In this document: piece by piece, positions 56,541-64,000 of the stretch | Layout: each line of letters begins with the position of its first letter | Numbering within the stretch: the first letter of the stretch is position 1 | DNA from: Candidatus Terraquivivens tikiterensis | Lineage (GTDB): Archaea > Thermoproteota > Nitrososphaeria_A > Caldarchaeales > Wolframiiraptoraceae | Assembly: GCA_003056285.1 (NCBI GenBank) | Contig: NDWU01000005.1 | Span: forward strand, 4,873 to 68,872 | Direction: 5' to 3' | Length of the DNA stretch: 64,000 bases | Made by a program: the position numbers and the translations under genes | Notes under the pieces: generated by a model | Databases searched by the model: none | Told to the model about the DNA's origin: nothing | What the model saw: only the letters and a program-made list of their open reading frames with translations

Positions 56541-59279
56541 TCATTTTCGAGGTTCCAGCTCCGATTCTGGTATCAATAGGCTCGGCGCCAAACGCTTCAC
56601 TAGCTCAAGCTCGGCGAAGGGTAGGGCTGCGATTAGTACCAGTGTAACGATGTCTGATGGTGTGAGCGGCGTTAGCTGGAAGATGCCCCTAAGACCCTCC
56701 AATCCTGCTATCATGCATAGCATGAAGACCTCCCACGCGACGGACAGGAGAAGCCACTTGTGCGGCCTGACCTTTGCTATCGAATGCCTTATCGAGCAGA
56801 GGTTCAAGGCAAGGGAAAGCTCGATGATGACGAAGGAAAGGAATAGGACTGTCCTGGCAACATCTATTCCCCTGCTCGCGTTAGACAGGAAGAGCCAGAT
56901 GAAAAGGGACGTATGGACGGGTGTTATTAGGCTTAATAGAAACCTGACCTCCCGCGAGAACACGGATTCTCTTGGATCCCTAGGCGGGCGGTTCATGAGG
57001 CCTGGCTCTGGTGGTGCCAGGCCGAGCGCGATAGCGGGAAGCCCATCCGTCGCGAGGTTAATGTAGAGCAGGTGAGCTGGAAGCAGAGGGATCGGGAACC
57101 CCAGGAAAACCAGCGCCGCTATGACCGCCACCTCTACTATGTTGCTCCCGAGCAGGTAGAGCAGGAACTTCTTGATGTTATCGTATATCCACCTACCAAG
57201 CTCTATCGCTTTCACTATGGTCGCGAAGTTGTCGTCGGATAGCACCATGTCGGCCGCTTCTTTCGATACCTCCGTCCCAGTAATTCCCATGGCGACGCCT
57301 ATGTCGGCCTGCTTCAGCGCCGGCGCATCGTTCACACCGTCACCGGTCATCGCAACGACCTTTCCCCTCAGCTTCCAGGCCTTGACTATCTTCAGCTTGT
57401 CTAGGGGCGAAACCCTCGCGTAAACAGTAACCTTCTCTATCACCTCGCTAAGCTCTGATTCGTCCATCTTTTCCAGCTCATGCCCTGTCAGCACGATGTG
57501 CCCTTCCTCATATATTTTCATCCTCTTAGCAACGGCCACGGCGGTCTGCTTATGGTCGCCGGTGATCATCACAGGCTTTATCCGAACCCGCTTGCATGTC
57601 TCGATGGCCTCAACAGCGTCCTCTCTAGGCGGGTCCATCATACCGAATAGTCCGATTAGCGTGAAACCGCTCTCGAGCCTCTCGGCGTCCCCGTACCCTT
57701 CGCCGTTAACCTTTTTGTAAGCAACGGCTAAGACCCTAAGACCGTTCGTCGCCATATTCTCGTTTACTGCCAGCACCATGGATCTCAATTCATCAGACAG
57801 CTGCACCTCCCCATTCCTCAGGAGGATTTTGCTGCAAGAATCTAGGACGACCTCTACAGCACCCTTCATGTAGGCAACCAGGGACCCGTCAGGGGTTTTG
57901 TGCACGGTGGTCATCCTCTTCCTCTCCGAGCTGAACGGTATCTCGGCAACCCTTGGGTTGTTCTTCCTCAGCTCCTCCTCATCTATACCAGCCTTTCTGG
58001 CGGCAACCACGAGCGCACCCTCCGTCGGGTCCCCCACGACAGCCCAAGCCCCTCCGACGTTTACCAGCTGCGCGTCGTTGCAAAGGGAGCCTGCCCTGAG
58101 GAGTAGCTGGACCGGCCCGTCCGGCCCCACGACCTTCCCTTCCTCGATGAACTCTCCCTCCGGCTCGTAACCTACGCCCGAGACCCTAATGTTCCTTCCA
58201 GAAACGAAGAGCTGTACGACCGTCATCTCACCCTTGGTTAGCGTCCCAGTCTTGTCGGAGCATATGACCTGCGTGCAGCCGAGAGTCTCGACCGCCGACA
58301 TCCTCCTGATGAGGGCGTTGTGCTTTGCCATGACGTACATGCCTATCGCCAGCGTACCCGTGACTATGGCTGGAAGAGCCTCGGGAACGGCGGCTACTGC
58401 CAGGGCTACGGCAAAGACCATCATCTTGACGAAGAAACCAGGGCTCAGGCTACCGTACAGCAGCACCTCCTCGAGGATTCCCGCGACCGCTACCAGCGTT
58501 ATCACGATAAGCACGACCTTCACGAGAAATCTGCCTATCTCCCTAGTCCTCCTCTCGAGCGGCGTCTCCTCTTTCTCGATCGTGGCAACAGTTCTTGCTA
58601 TCTTGCCGAGCTCCGTATCCATCCCGGTGGCAACGACAACGCCCTTGCCCTTGCCGTACGTTACGACAGTACCAGCGAACACCATACAACGCCTCTCGGC
58701 AATGCTCGCGCCCGCGGGCGAGGGGTCAACGTTCTTCGAAACCGGTACAGATTCTCCGGTGAGGGGTGCCTCGTTAACCTGTAGGTTGACGGCGTGTATG
58801 AGTCGAGCATCGGCAGGGACTTTATCGCCTGCCTCGAGGAGCACCACGTCGCCGGGAACGACCTCCCTCGTGGCTACGTTGACTACCTTCCCGTCCCGTA
58901 TGACGTTGACCCTCGGGCTTAACATCCTCTTCAGGGCTTCTATCGCCCTCTCCGCCCTCGACTCTTGGACGGACCCTAGAACGGTTGCTGCCATCATTAT
59001 GACGAATATAAGGAGGGAATCGACGAGCTCGCCCAGGATCGCCGAGACGAGTGTTGCGACGAGTAGGAGCAAAATTAGGACGTTCTTGAACTGTCTAAGA
59101 AATATTCTTAGGCCGGATGGTCTTTCCTGCCTTTCGATCTCGTTCGGGCCATACTTCGCCAGCCTATCCCTTACCTCTTCGCTAGTTAGCCCTCTTTCTT
59201 TGTCCGTCCCTAGCCTAGCTATAACCTCGTCTACATCCATCGAGTGCCAGCTCTCGACGGTAATCCTGCCTCTTTCCAT
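56541..59279 (-). CDS. P-type cation-transporting ATPase (type II, Ca2+/Na+-K+-like)
   Basis: 912 aa with TGES, CSDKTGTLT, MITGDH and MTGDGVNDAPALKQAD motifs and ten predicted TM helices. Confidence 0.9.
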   Translation of the reverse strand: MERGRITVESWHSMDVDEVIARLGTDKERGLTSEEVRDRLAKYGPNEIERQERPSGLRIFLRQFKNVLILLLLVATLVSAILGELVDSLLIFVIMMAATVLGSVQESRAERAIEALKRMLSPRVNVIRDGKVVNVATREVVPGDVVLLEAGDKVPADARLIHAVNLQVNEAPLTGESVPVSKNVDPSPAGASIAERRCMVFAGTVVTYGKGKGVVVATGMDTELGKIARTVATIEKEETPLERRTREIGRFLVKVVLIVITLVAVAGILEEVLLYGSLSPGFFVKMMVFAVALAVAAVPEALPAIVTGTLAIGMYVMAKHNALIRRMSAVETLGCTQVICSDKTGTLTKGEMTVVQLFVSGRNIRVSGVGYEPEGEFIEEGKVVGPDGPVQLLLRAGSLCNDAQLVNVGGAWAVVGDPTEGALVVAARKAGIDEEELRKNNPRVAEIPFSSERKRMTTVHKTPDGSLVAYMKGAVEVVLDSCSKILLRNGEVQLSDELRSMVLAVNENMATNGLRVLAVAYKKVNGEGYGDAERLESGFTLIGLFGMMDPPREDAVEAIETCKRVRIKPVMITGDHKQTAVAVAKRMKIYEEGHIVLTGHELEKMDESELSEVIEKVTVYARVSPLDKLKIVKAWKLRGKVVAMTGDGVNDAPALKQADIGVAMGITGTEVSKEAADMVLSDDNFATIVKAIELGRWIYDNIKKFLLYLLGSNIVEVAVIAALVFLGFPIPLLPAHLLYINLATDGLPAIALGLAPPEPGLMNRPPRDPRESVFSREVRFLLSLITPVHTSLFIWLFLSNASRGIDVARTVLFLSFVIIELSLALNLCSIRHSIAKVRPHKWLLLSVAWEVFMLCMIAGLEGLRGIFQLTPLTPSDIVTLVLIAALPFAELELVKRLAPSLLIPESELEPRK

Positions 59280-59379
59280 TTGCTACGGCGGAAGCATTCA
59301 GTATGATGTTATTAATAGTTTAGCATCTCGGGTTTGAAGTCCGGCATGCTCGGTCGTCCGATCATTATACTACTCGACG

Positions 59380-59440
59380 AGAAAGCCCGCATCTTTCATG
59401 TGCGAGAACCCCCATGGTCTTCCGTCGTAGGAACGTCAAG
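59380..59440 (+). repeat. Short TnpB-tail-like remnant
   Basis: CGACGAGAAAGCCCGCATCTTTCATGTGCGAGAACCCCCATGG resembles the GGCGAGAAAGCC..hairpin tails elsewhere in the window. Confidence 0.3.
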
Positions 59441-59482
59441 GCTACGGGTTGGCTCACTTTTTAATTTTGGAGCTTGCATACC

Positions 59483-60121
59483 CTAAGCGACCCTTTTCCT
59501 TAGGGATATTCCGACGGGCATGACGTATAAGGGCACCTCATCTTTTGGTACGCCCAGGACTTCCCTGACCTCATCGTCGTAAAACGCTCCGATCGCAACC
59601 GTTCCTAGGCCCATCGCCGTAGCCTGGAGGTATACGTTCTGGCCGACGTGCCCGACCTCGATATGCACGTACCTCTCACCCCTTGTGCCATACCTCCTCG
59701 TGGTCCTGGCGTAAACCGCGGTTATTACGATGTTCACTGGAGCTTCCTTGACCCATCTCTGCCCAAGGCAGGCCGACGCCAGCTCCTCGCTGAGGTCACC
59801 CTCCCTGACTAGTTCTAGCGAATGGTCTTCGGGCTCGTAGCGGTACACGCCGGCACCCAACCCCTCTACACCACCGTCCTTCACGACGACGTATGCTTCG
59901 AGCGGATATGTTGCGCCCGCCGACGGGACGGCCCTCAACATGCCCCTGCGGTCGGTTATCCCTTGGGCGCACCACATCAACTGTGAGACTTGCTCTAGCT
60001 TAAGCATGCCCGGTGCGTACCTTCTCTCAGACCTTCGCCACGATATTGCCTCTTCTACGGAGATCCTGCCTTTCAAAGATGGGCTAGGAAGCGCTACCCT
60101 CCTCGACGGCCTTGTTGACAA
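59483..60121 (-). CDS. SagB-type/nitroreductase-family dehydrogenase
   Basis: RRSERRY.., PSAGATYPLEAYVVV and the nitroreductase-fold C-terminus. 212 aa. Confidence 0.7.
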   Translation of the reverse strand: MSTRPSRRVALPSPSLKGRISVEEAISWRRSERRYAPGMLKLEQVSQLMWCAQGITDRRGMLRAVPSAGATYPLEAYVVVKDGGVEGLGAGVYRYEPEDHSLELVREGDLSEELASACLGQRWVKEAPVNIVITAVYARTTRRYGTRGERYVHIEVGHVGQNVYLQATAMGLGTVAIGAFYDDEVREVLGVPKDEVPLYVMPVGISLRKRVA

Positions 60122-60204
60122 CCCATCGTCGCCTTCCCTTTTGAAAAACGTTTAGGGTAATTAAGCCGTTCTGCCCCCTGAGCGTTTAGCTTTATATACA
60201 TATA

Positions 60205-60390
60205 AGTTTGGAGTATGCTCCTATTGTGGAAGCAATCCTCGGCGTACCGTTCAGTTACGACGCGAATAGAAAGTTTAGGAAATTCCTAACAGGAGAGATA
60301 ACGATAAACGGGACGAAGATAATCATACCATTGACGTATCAAACCCGGGCGACTGGATAGCTATAGATATTGATTTGAAAGCGATGGGGA
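60205..60390 (+). mobile_element. Deleted left-end/N-terminal remnant of a TnpB element, inverted relative to the intact copy
   Basis: GTTTGGAGTATGCTCCTATTGTGGAAGCAATCCTCGGCGTACCGTTCAG parallels the intact copy's GTTTTAGAGTATACTCTTATCATGGAAGTAGTTCTTGGCGTACCGTTCGG. The translation VEAILGVPFSYDA..GEITINGTKIII..IDID skips internal segments. Confidence 0.5.
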
Positions 60391-60396
60391 GGTACT

Positions 60397-60470
60397 CCAC
60401 AACGGTAATTAAGCCTCTTGCTTACACTCCAGGATGGAGCATCGGCATCTGGTACGCTTTACCGTTGTGG
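60397..60470. repeat. 12-bp perfect inverted repeat (hairpin) just 3' of the intact tnpB stop
   Basis: CCACAACGGTAA (60397-60408) and TTACCGTTGTGG (60459-60470) with a 50-nt spacer. Candidate right-end or omega-RNA structural element. Confidence 0.5.
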
Positions 60471-60473
60471 GAT

Positions 60474-61601
60474 TCATAGATTTTCATCCCTTCCCCTCAC
60501 CTCTACCGTTAGAGGTTCATGGAGGGCTTTCAGGGGCAACGGCGCTCCCCTCATCCTGAGCATGTTCAAACAGGCAATTACATCCCTATCATTCTCATAT
60601 CCGCATTCGCAACTTACTAGCCTATGCCCATTCGGTGCTAGTTTTCCACCACATACCGGGCATAGGCTCGAAGTACCTTTAGGGTTGACGTAAATTACTG
60701 GTAATCCGTTTAATCTAGCCTTGTACTCGATGTAGAATTGAAGCTTTCTGAAGTTCCATGAGTGTAGCCTGCGGTTCAGCCTTCTACCGTAGCCTATTCT
60801 TTTCCTTATACCCCTCAAGTCCTCCATGATTATGCCCATCCTATGCTCCTCAGCAAACTCAACGATATTCCTAGCTATCTTGTGACACTCATCTGCAACT
60901 TTACGTCTCCTCCTGCCAGAATACTTCTTCAGCAACCTTTTCGCCGTCTTGGGCTTGAACTTTCTCAGCCTCTGGACGTTCCTGATGATGTTGAAGTACG
61001 TCGTGTGGATCGTCCTCAGGTCGGTCTCGATTTTTAGGATATGTGGGTTTGAGCTCACGGCTGTAACGTTGGACTCGTTTATGTCTATTGCTATCCAATC
61101 TTTTGGATTAGAAAGGTCTACTTCCTTCTTGAATGATATAACTATCTTCGTCTCGTTCATCGTTATCTCTCCCGTCTTGAGCTTACCTTCTCTCCATGCG
61201 TCTATGAACTTCCTCTGGTACTCGCCGTACTTCAAGTCTATGTAGAGGAACTCTCTGGGCTTTACTGAGATCCTTATTTTGTCGCCGTAGAACCTGTATA
61301 ACTGCGGGTCCAGTTGCATGAAGAGCTTTCTAGCTTCAGGTTTATCGTCCTTATGCTTTCGTCTATGACCTTTAAGTATTGCCAAAGCTATCTTGCACGC
61401 TGAGTGGCAGAAGTGTGTCGAATAATTCCAACGCCTCTTCCATTCATCATATACGCCCTTCCTAAGCCTAGCGTAAGACGTGACCCTCCTCCTATAGGCG
61501 TAGTCTATGCAGAAGTTGACCATGTTTCTAAAATCTTCTAGAAGTTTCTTTACCTCGTTGCTAGCATCATAACCGAACGGTACGCCAAGAACTACTTCCA
61601 T
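60474..61601 (-). CDS. tnpB: Intact IS200/IS605-family TnpB (RNA-guided nuclease family), no tnpA partner
   Basis: 375-aa uninterrupted ORF. RuvC triad candidates are D in WIAIDINESN, E in IIMEDLRGI and D in ENDRDVIACLN. Zinc finger CPVCGGK...CECG. Confidence 0.9.
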   Translation of the reverse strand: MEVVLGVPFGYDASNEVKKLLEDFRNMVNFCIDYAYRRRVTSYARLRKGVYDEWKRRWNYSTHFCHSACKIALAILKGHRRKHKDDKPEARKLFMQLDPQLYRFYGDKIRISVKPREFLYIDLKYGEYQRKFIDAWREGKLKTGEITMNETKIVISFKKEVDLSNPKDWIAIDINESNVTAVSSNPHILKIETDLRTIHTTYFNIIRNVQRLRKFKPKTAKRLLKKYSGRRRRKVADECHKIARNIVEFAEEHRMGIIMEDLRGIRKRIGYGRRLNRRLHSWNFRKLQFYIEYKARLNGLPVIYVNPKGTSSLCPVCGGKLAPNGHRLVSCECGYENDRDVIACLNMLRMRGAPLPLKALHEPLTVEVRGRDENL

Positions 61602-61644
61602 GATAAGAGTATACTCTAAAACTTCTATTATTTAGAAACTGTTG

Positions 61645-61925
61645 CATAACCCACGCCTGAAGGCAGCGGGCTTCCAGCGTTCGCCGGGCTTTACGCCTCC
61701 AGACATATATGCCGGTTTGCGGGCTACTCTGCCATACCATGCGCCCGTTAAGGCACGGGCTGCTTTTCCTGTACTGACCTGCCCGAACCTTACCTCGCCT
61801 TTCGGCCGGATGCTTATTCGTCTTTTGGACGTCCAGGTCGCATGCGATCGGCCCGCTCAGAACTTTTATTGACAGACCGCTTTAAGCATTTATAAAGATG
61901 GCGTTATATGCTATTTTGCAAGCGC
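61645..61925 (-). repeat. Copy C of the TnpB-tail-containing repeat family
   Basis: The plus strand aligns with copy B (..CTTCCAGCGTT.., CCCGAACC..CCTTTCGGCC, GGACGTCCAGGTCGCATGC, CAGAACTTTTATTGAC). In sense orientation its 3' end lies about 40 nt upstream of the intact tnpB start. Confidence 0.6.
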
Positions 61926-62043
61926 AGGCCCCTGGATGATGCGTAAAACTCAGGAGAAGGGAGGCACGTTGCCCCCGAAAGCCATCCATGAGGCCTTTAA
62001 TGCCGAGTCTGAAGGGAAACTGTGCGGCAACGGAAGCGGTTGC

Positions 62044-62445
62044 ATGAAGGCTACGTTAGAGCTTAGGGGTAGGGTTATAAAAGGAGGGAGGGCTGAGGGC
62101 GAGGTGTTAGCCTCATCGCAACCGATATCTTTCTACGGAGGCGTCGACCCTGATACTGGAACGATCAGGGAAAAGGGCCACGAGCTGGAGGGGAAGAGCA
62201 TAGCGGGTAAGGTCCTGGTATTCCCGCATGGAAAGGGCTCGACTGTCGGCTCTTACATAATTTATAGGCTTAAGAGAAAGGGTCTGGCGCCTGTTGCGAT
62301 AGTAAACCAGAGGTGCGAGCCGATAGTGGCCGTTGGCGCGATAATAAGCGACATACCCACCGTCGATTACGTTGACACTAGCAAGTTTAAAAGTGGTGAC
62401 TGGGTAAGGATAGAGGACGGAAGAATAGTTTTGGAGCGACGGTGA
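62044..62445 (+). CDS. Aconitase X swivel-domain protein (DUF126, AcnX small subunit)
   Basis: GRAEGEVLAS.QPISFYGGVDP.TG.I..KGHEL.GKSIAGKVLVFP.GKGSTVGSY pattern. ATG 62044 is preferred over ORF-track start 61936. Confidence 0.75.
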   Translation: MKATLELRGRVIKGGRAEGEVLASSQPISFYGGVDPDTGTIREKGHELEGKSIAGKVLVFPHGKGSTVGSYIIYRLKRKGLAPVAIVNQRCEPIVAVGAIISDIPTVDYVDTSKFKSGDWVRIEDGRIVLERR

Positions 62446-62839
62446 GCTACTCACGGCTATAAGCCAGAGGGCCTCTGCTTCAGCCTGGCCCGTTCCCTTC
62501 GTGCGCTCGGCTCGTCAGGTTGCGGAGGTCCTGGCCTAGGCAGGCTTGATCCAGGGCCGTCCCACCCTCAACAAAAGGATAAAACGTAATCGTCCATCGC
62601 CTAAATGATGCGAATTTCCACATATGATGTAAAATGTTTCCACGATCAGCATTTTCGAAACGCGCGTAATCATAAAGATTACTTCCAAAAGGCTTTAATA
62701 CTGTTAGGGAGGCGAGGGGAGCCCTCGGCGTAAAAGCTTGTTGGTTAAAGAATATCGCACCCTAACGCTTCGACCCGGGCGAACTTCTGGAAAGCTACGC
62801 GTATGTCCTAAGCACCATCCCGATAGTATGGAGAAGCAC

Positions 62840-62938
62840 CCTTTTGAAAAAGGAGCCAAAAGCCCGATGAACCGTAGGAGGAAGATGAAGCCCAAGGGCT
62901 AAGCCTGGAACTGTACGTATCCGCGCTTAGCTCAGAAC
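62840..62938 (+). repeat. TnpB-tail-like remnant, second subfamily
   Basis: Matches 16290-16380 (AGCCCGATGAACC..GAAGCCCAAGGGCTAAGCCTGG..TTAGCTCAGAAC). Its terminus contains the stop codon of the convergent aminotransferase gene. Confidence 0.45.
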
Positions 62939-64000
62939 TCCGAAAAGAACTCCTTGATTTTTTCAACTATATAGCGTAGGTCTTCATCGCTCAACTTTGG
63001 ATGTACTGGTAAGGACAGCACCTCGTCAGAAGCCTCCTCGGCAACGGGTAGCGAGCCTCTCTGGTAGCCGTAAAGTCCCATGTAGAGCGGGTGCAGGTGG
63101 ACGGGATTCGGCCAGTAAACTGCCGCCTCTATGCCGTTCTCCTCGAGATACTTCTGGAGGGCATCCCTTGACCTTTTAGGCCCGGCCTTAACCCTTATCG
63201 TATAGACGTAGTGTGACGGTTTGACGTACGGAGGAAAAGTTGGCGTGACGATACCGGGTATGTTTTTGAGGCTTCCTGTCAGGATCTCCGCATTCCTCGC
63301 CCTGATAGCGTTCAACCTTTCCAGCTTCGAGAGCTGTACGAGGCCTATGGCGGCCTCGAACTCCGTCATCCTGTAGTTTAATCCTGGCATCACGGACATG
63401 TGCGCCTCCTCTTGACCGTGCGTCCTGAAGAGCCTACACCTTCTGGCATACTCGGCATCGTTGGTCGTTATCATGCCGCCCTCGCCCGTCGTCATGTTCT
63501 TGCTGGCGAAGAAGCTGAAGCAGCCGATGTGGCCGATGCTGCCAACCTTCCTTCCTTTATAAGTCGCTCCATGCGCCTGGGCAGCGTCCTCGATCACGAT
63601 TAGGCCTCTATCCGTAGCGATGTCCATTATGGCATCCATCTCGGCAGGAGACCCATAGACGTGCACGGGTATTACCGCCTTAGTGTTCTCCGTTATGGCA
63701 TTTTGGAACTTCTCTACATCCATGCAGAGCGTTTCCGGGTCTACCTCAACGAATACAGGCTTAGCGCCTTGGATTAGCACGACGTTAGCCGTGGCCACAA
63801 AGGTCATAGCGGGCACTATGACCTCGTCGCCGTGTCCTATTCCGCATGCCGCAAGGGCAGTATGAAGGGCTGCGGTTCCGGAGTTTACTGCGACCGCGTA
63901 CTCTACGCCGACGTACGACGCAAACCTTCTCTCAAACTCACTAACCTTCTCGCCGCTGCCGTGCCACGCCGTTAACATCCCTGTCCTGAGGACCTTGGAA
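62932..64000 (-). CDS. DegT/DnrJ/EryC1/StrS-family PLP-dependent sugar aminotransferase (5' end outside window)
   Basis: SGTAALH, DEVIVP and the PLP-lysine region FFASKNMTTGEGGMITT. The reading frame stays open to the window edge. Confidence 0.85.
   Translation of the reverse strand, partial: SKVLRTGMLTAWHGSGEKVSEFERRFASYVGVEYAVAVNSGTAALHTALAACGIGHGDEVIVPAMTFVATANVVLIQGAKPVFVEVDPETLCMDVEKFQNAITENTKAVIPVHVYGSPAEMDAIMDIATDRGLIVIEDAAQAHGATYKGRKVGSIGHIGCFSFFASKNMTTGEGGMITTNDAEYARRCRLFRTHGQEEAHMSVMPGLNYRMTEFEAAIGLVQLSKLERLNAIRARNAEILTGSLKNIPGIVTPTFPPYVKPSHYVYTIRVKAGPKRSRDALQKYLEENGIEAAVYWPNPVHLHPLYMGLYGYQRGSLPVAEEASDEVLSLPVHPKLSDEDLRYIVEKIKEFFSEF

Noticed and set aside
58189-59337. 382-aa plus-strand ORF, the longest unassigned ORF in the track
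   Set aside because: It lies entirely antisense to the P-type ATPase gene. Its composition is Ser/Thr/Ala/Pro-rich and low-complexity, typical of a shadow frame in GC-rich coding DNA. No motif was found.
1-64000. CRISPR arrays, rRNA genes, tnpA (Y1 transposase) genes
   Set aside because: A scan by eye found no regularly spaced direct repeats, no rRNA-like conserved segments and no HUH/Y1 transposase ORF. Absence should be confirmed computationally.

Overview
Archaeal chromosome segment. Supporting features are an AglB oligosaccharyltransferase, intron-containing tRNAs, AT-box promoters, an archaeal split glutamate synthase and IS200/IS605-type TnpB elements. Gene content resembles Thermoproteota/Crenarchaeota, but the species cannot be determined from this window. 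(1) 1-20.4 kb is core genome: an ECF transporter plus phosphoribosyltransferase operon, alaX, a RadA paralog, aglB, a homocitrate-synthase-family enzyme with a RAM domain, an Fgd-like LLM oxidoreductase, a double-SIS protein, gnd, pheA and queT. (2) About 20.5-43.3 kb is a visibly AT-richer accessory island. It starts at an intron-containing tRNA-Leu with an RHH gene, a wHTH gene and a frameshifted, truncated tyrosine integrase. Its cargo is a decaying 4-hydroxybutyryl-CoA dehydratase/thiolase/CoA-transferase cluster, an aquaporin lacking both NPA boxes, and a truncated MoxR fragment next to an intact 655-aa vWA/zinc-ribbon/metallopeptidase-like protein. It also carries IS6-like copies bracketing vapBC, further toxin-antitoxin remnants and HEPN-MNT. 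(3) 43.4-64 kb is core again: a two-intron tRNA-Trp, the glutamate synthase domain genes plus glnA, hisD, an MbfA-like iron transporter, a P-type ATPase, one intact TnpB, the AcnX small subunit and a DegT aminotransferase. The most unusual window-wide signal is the density of orphan TnpB-tail/right-end remnants. This includes a five-copy 220-300 bp repeat family. Several remnants end exactly on the stop codons of convergent host genes. No rRNA gene and no CRISPR array were seen.
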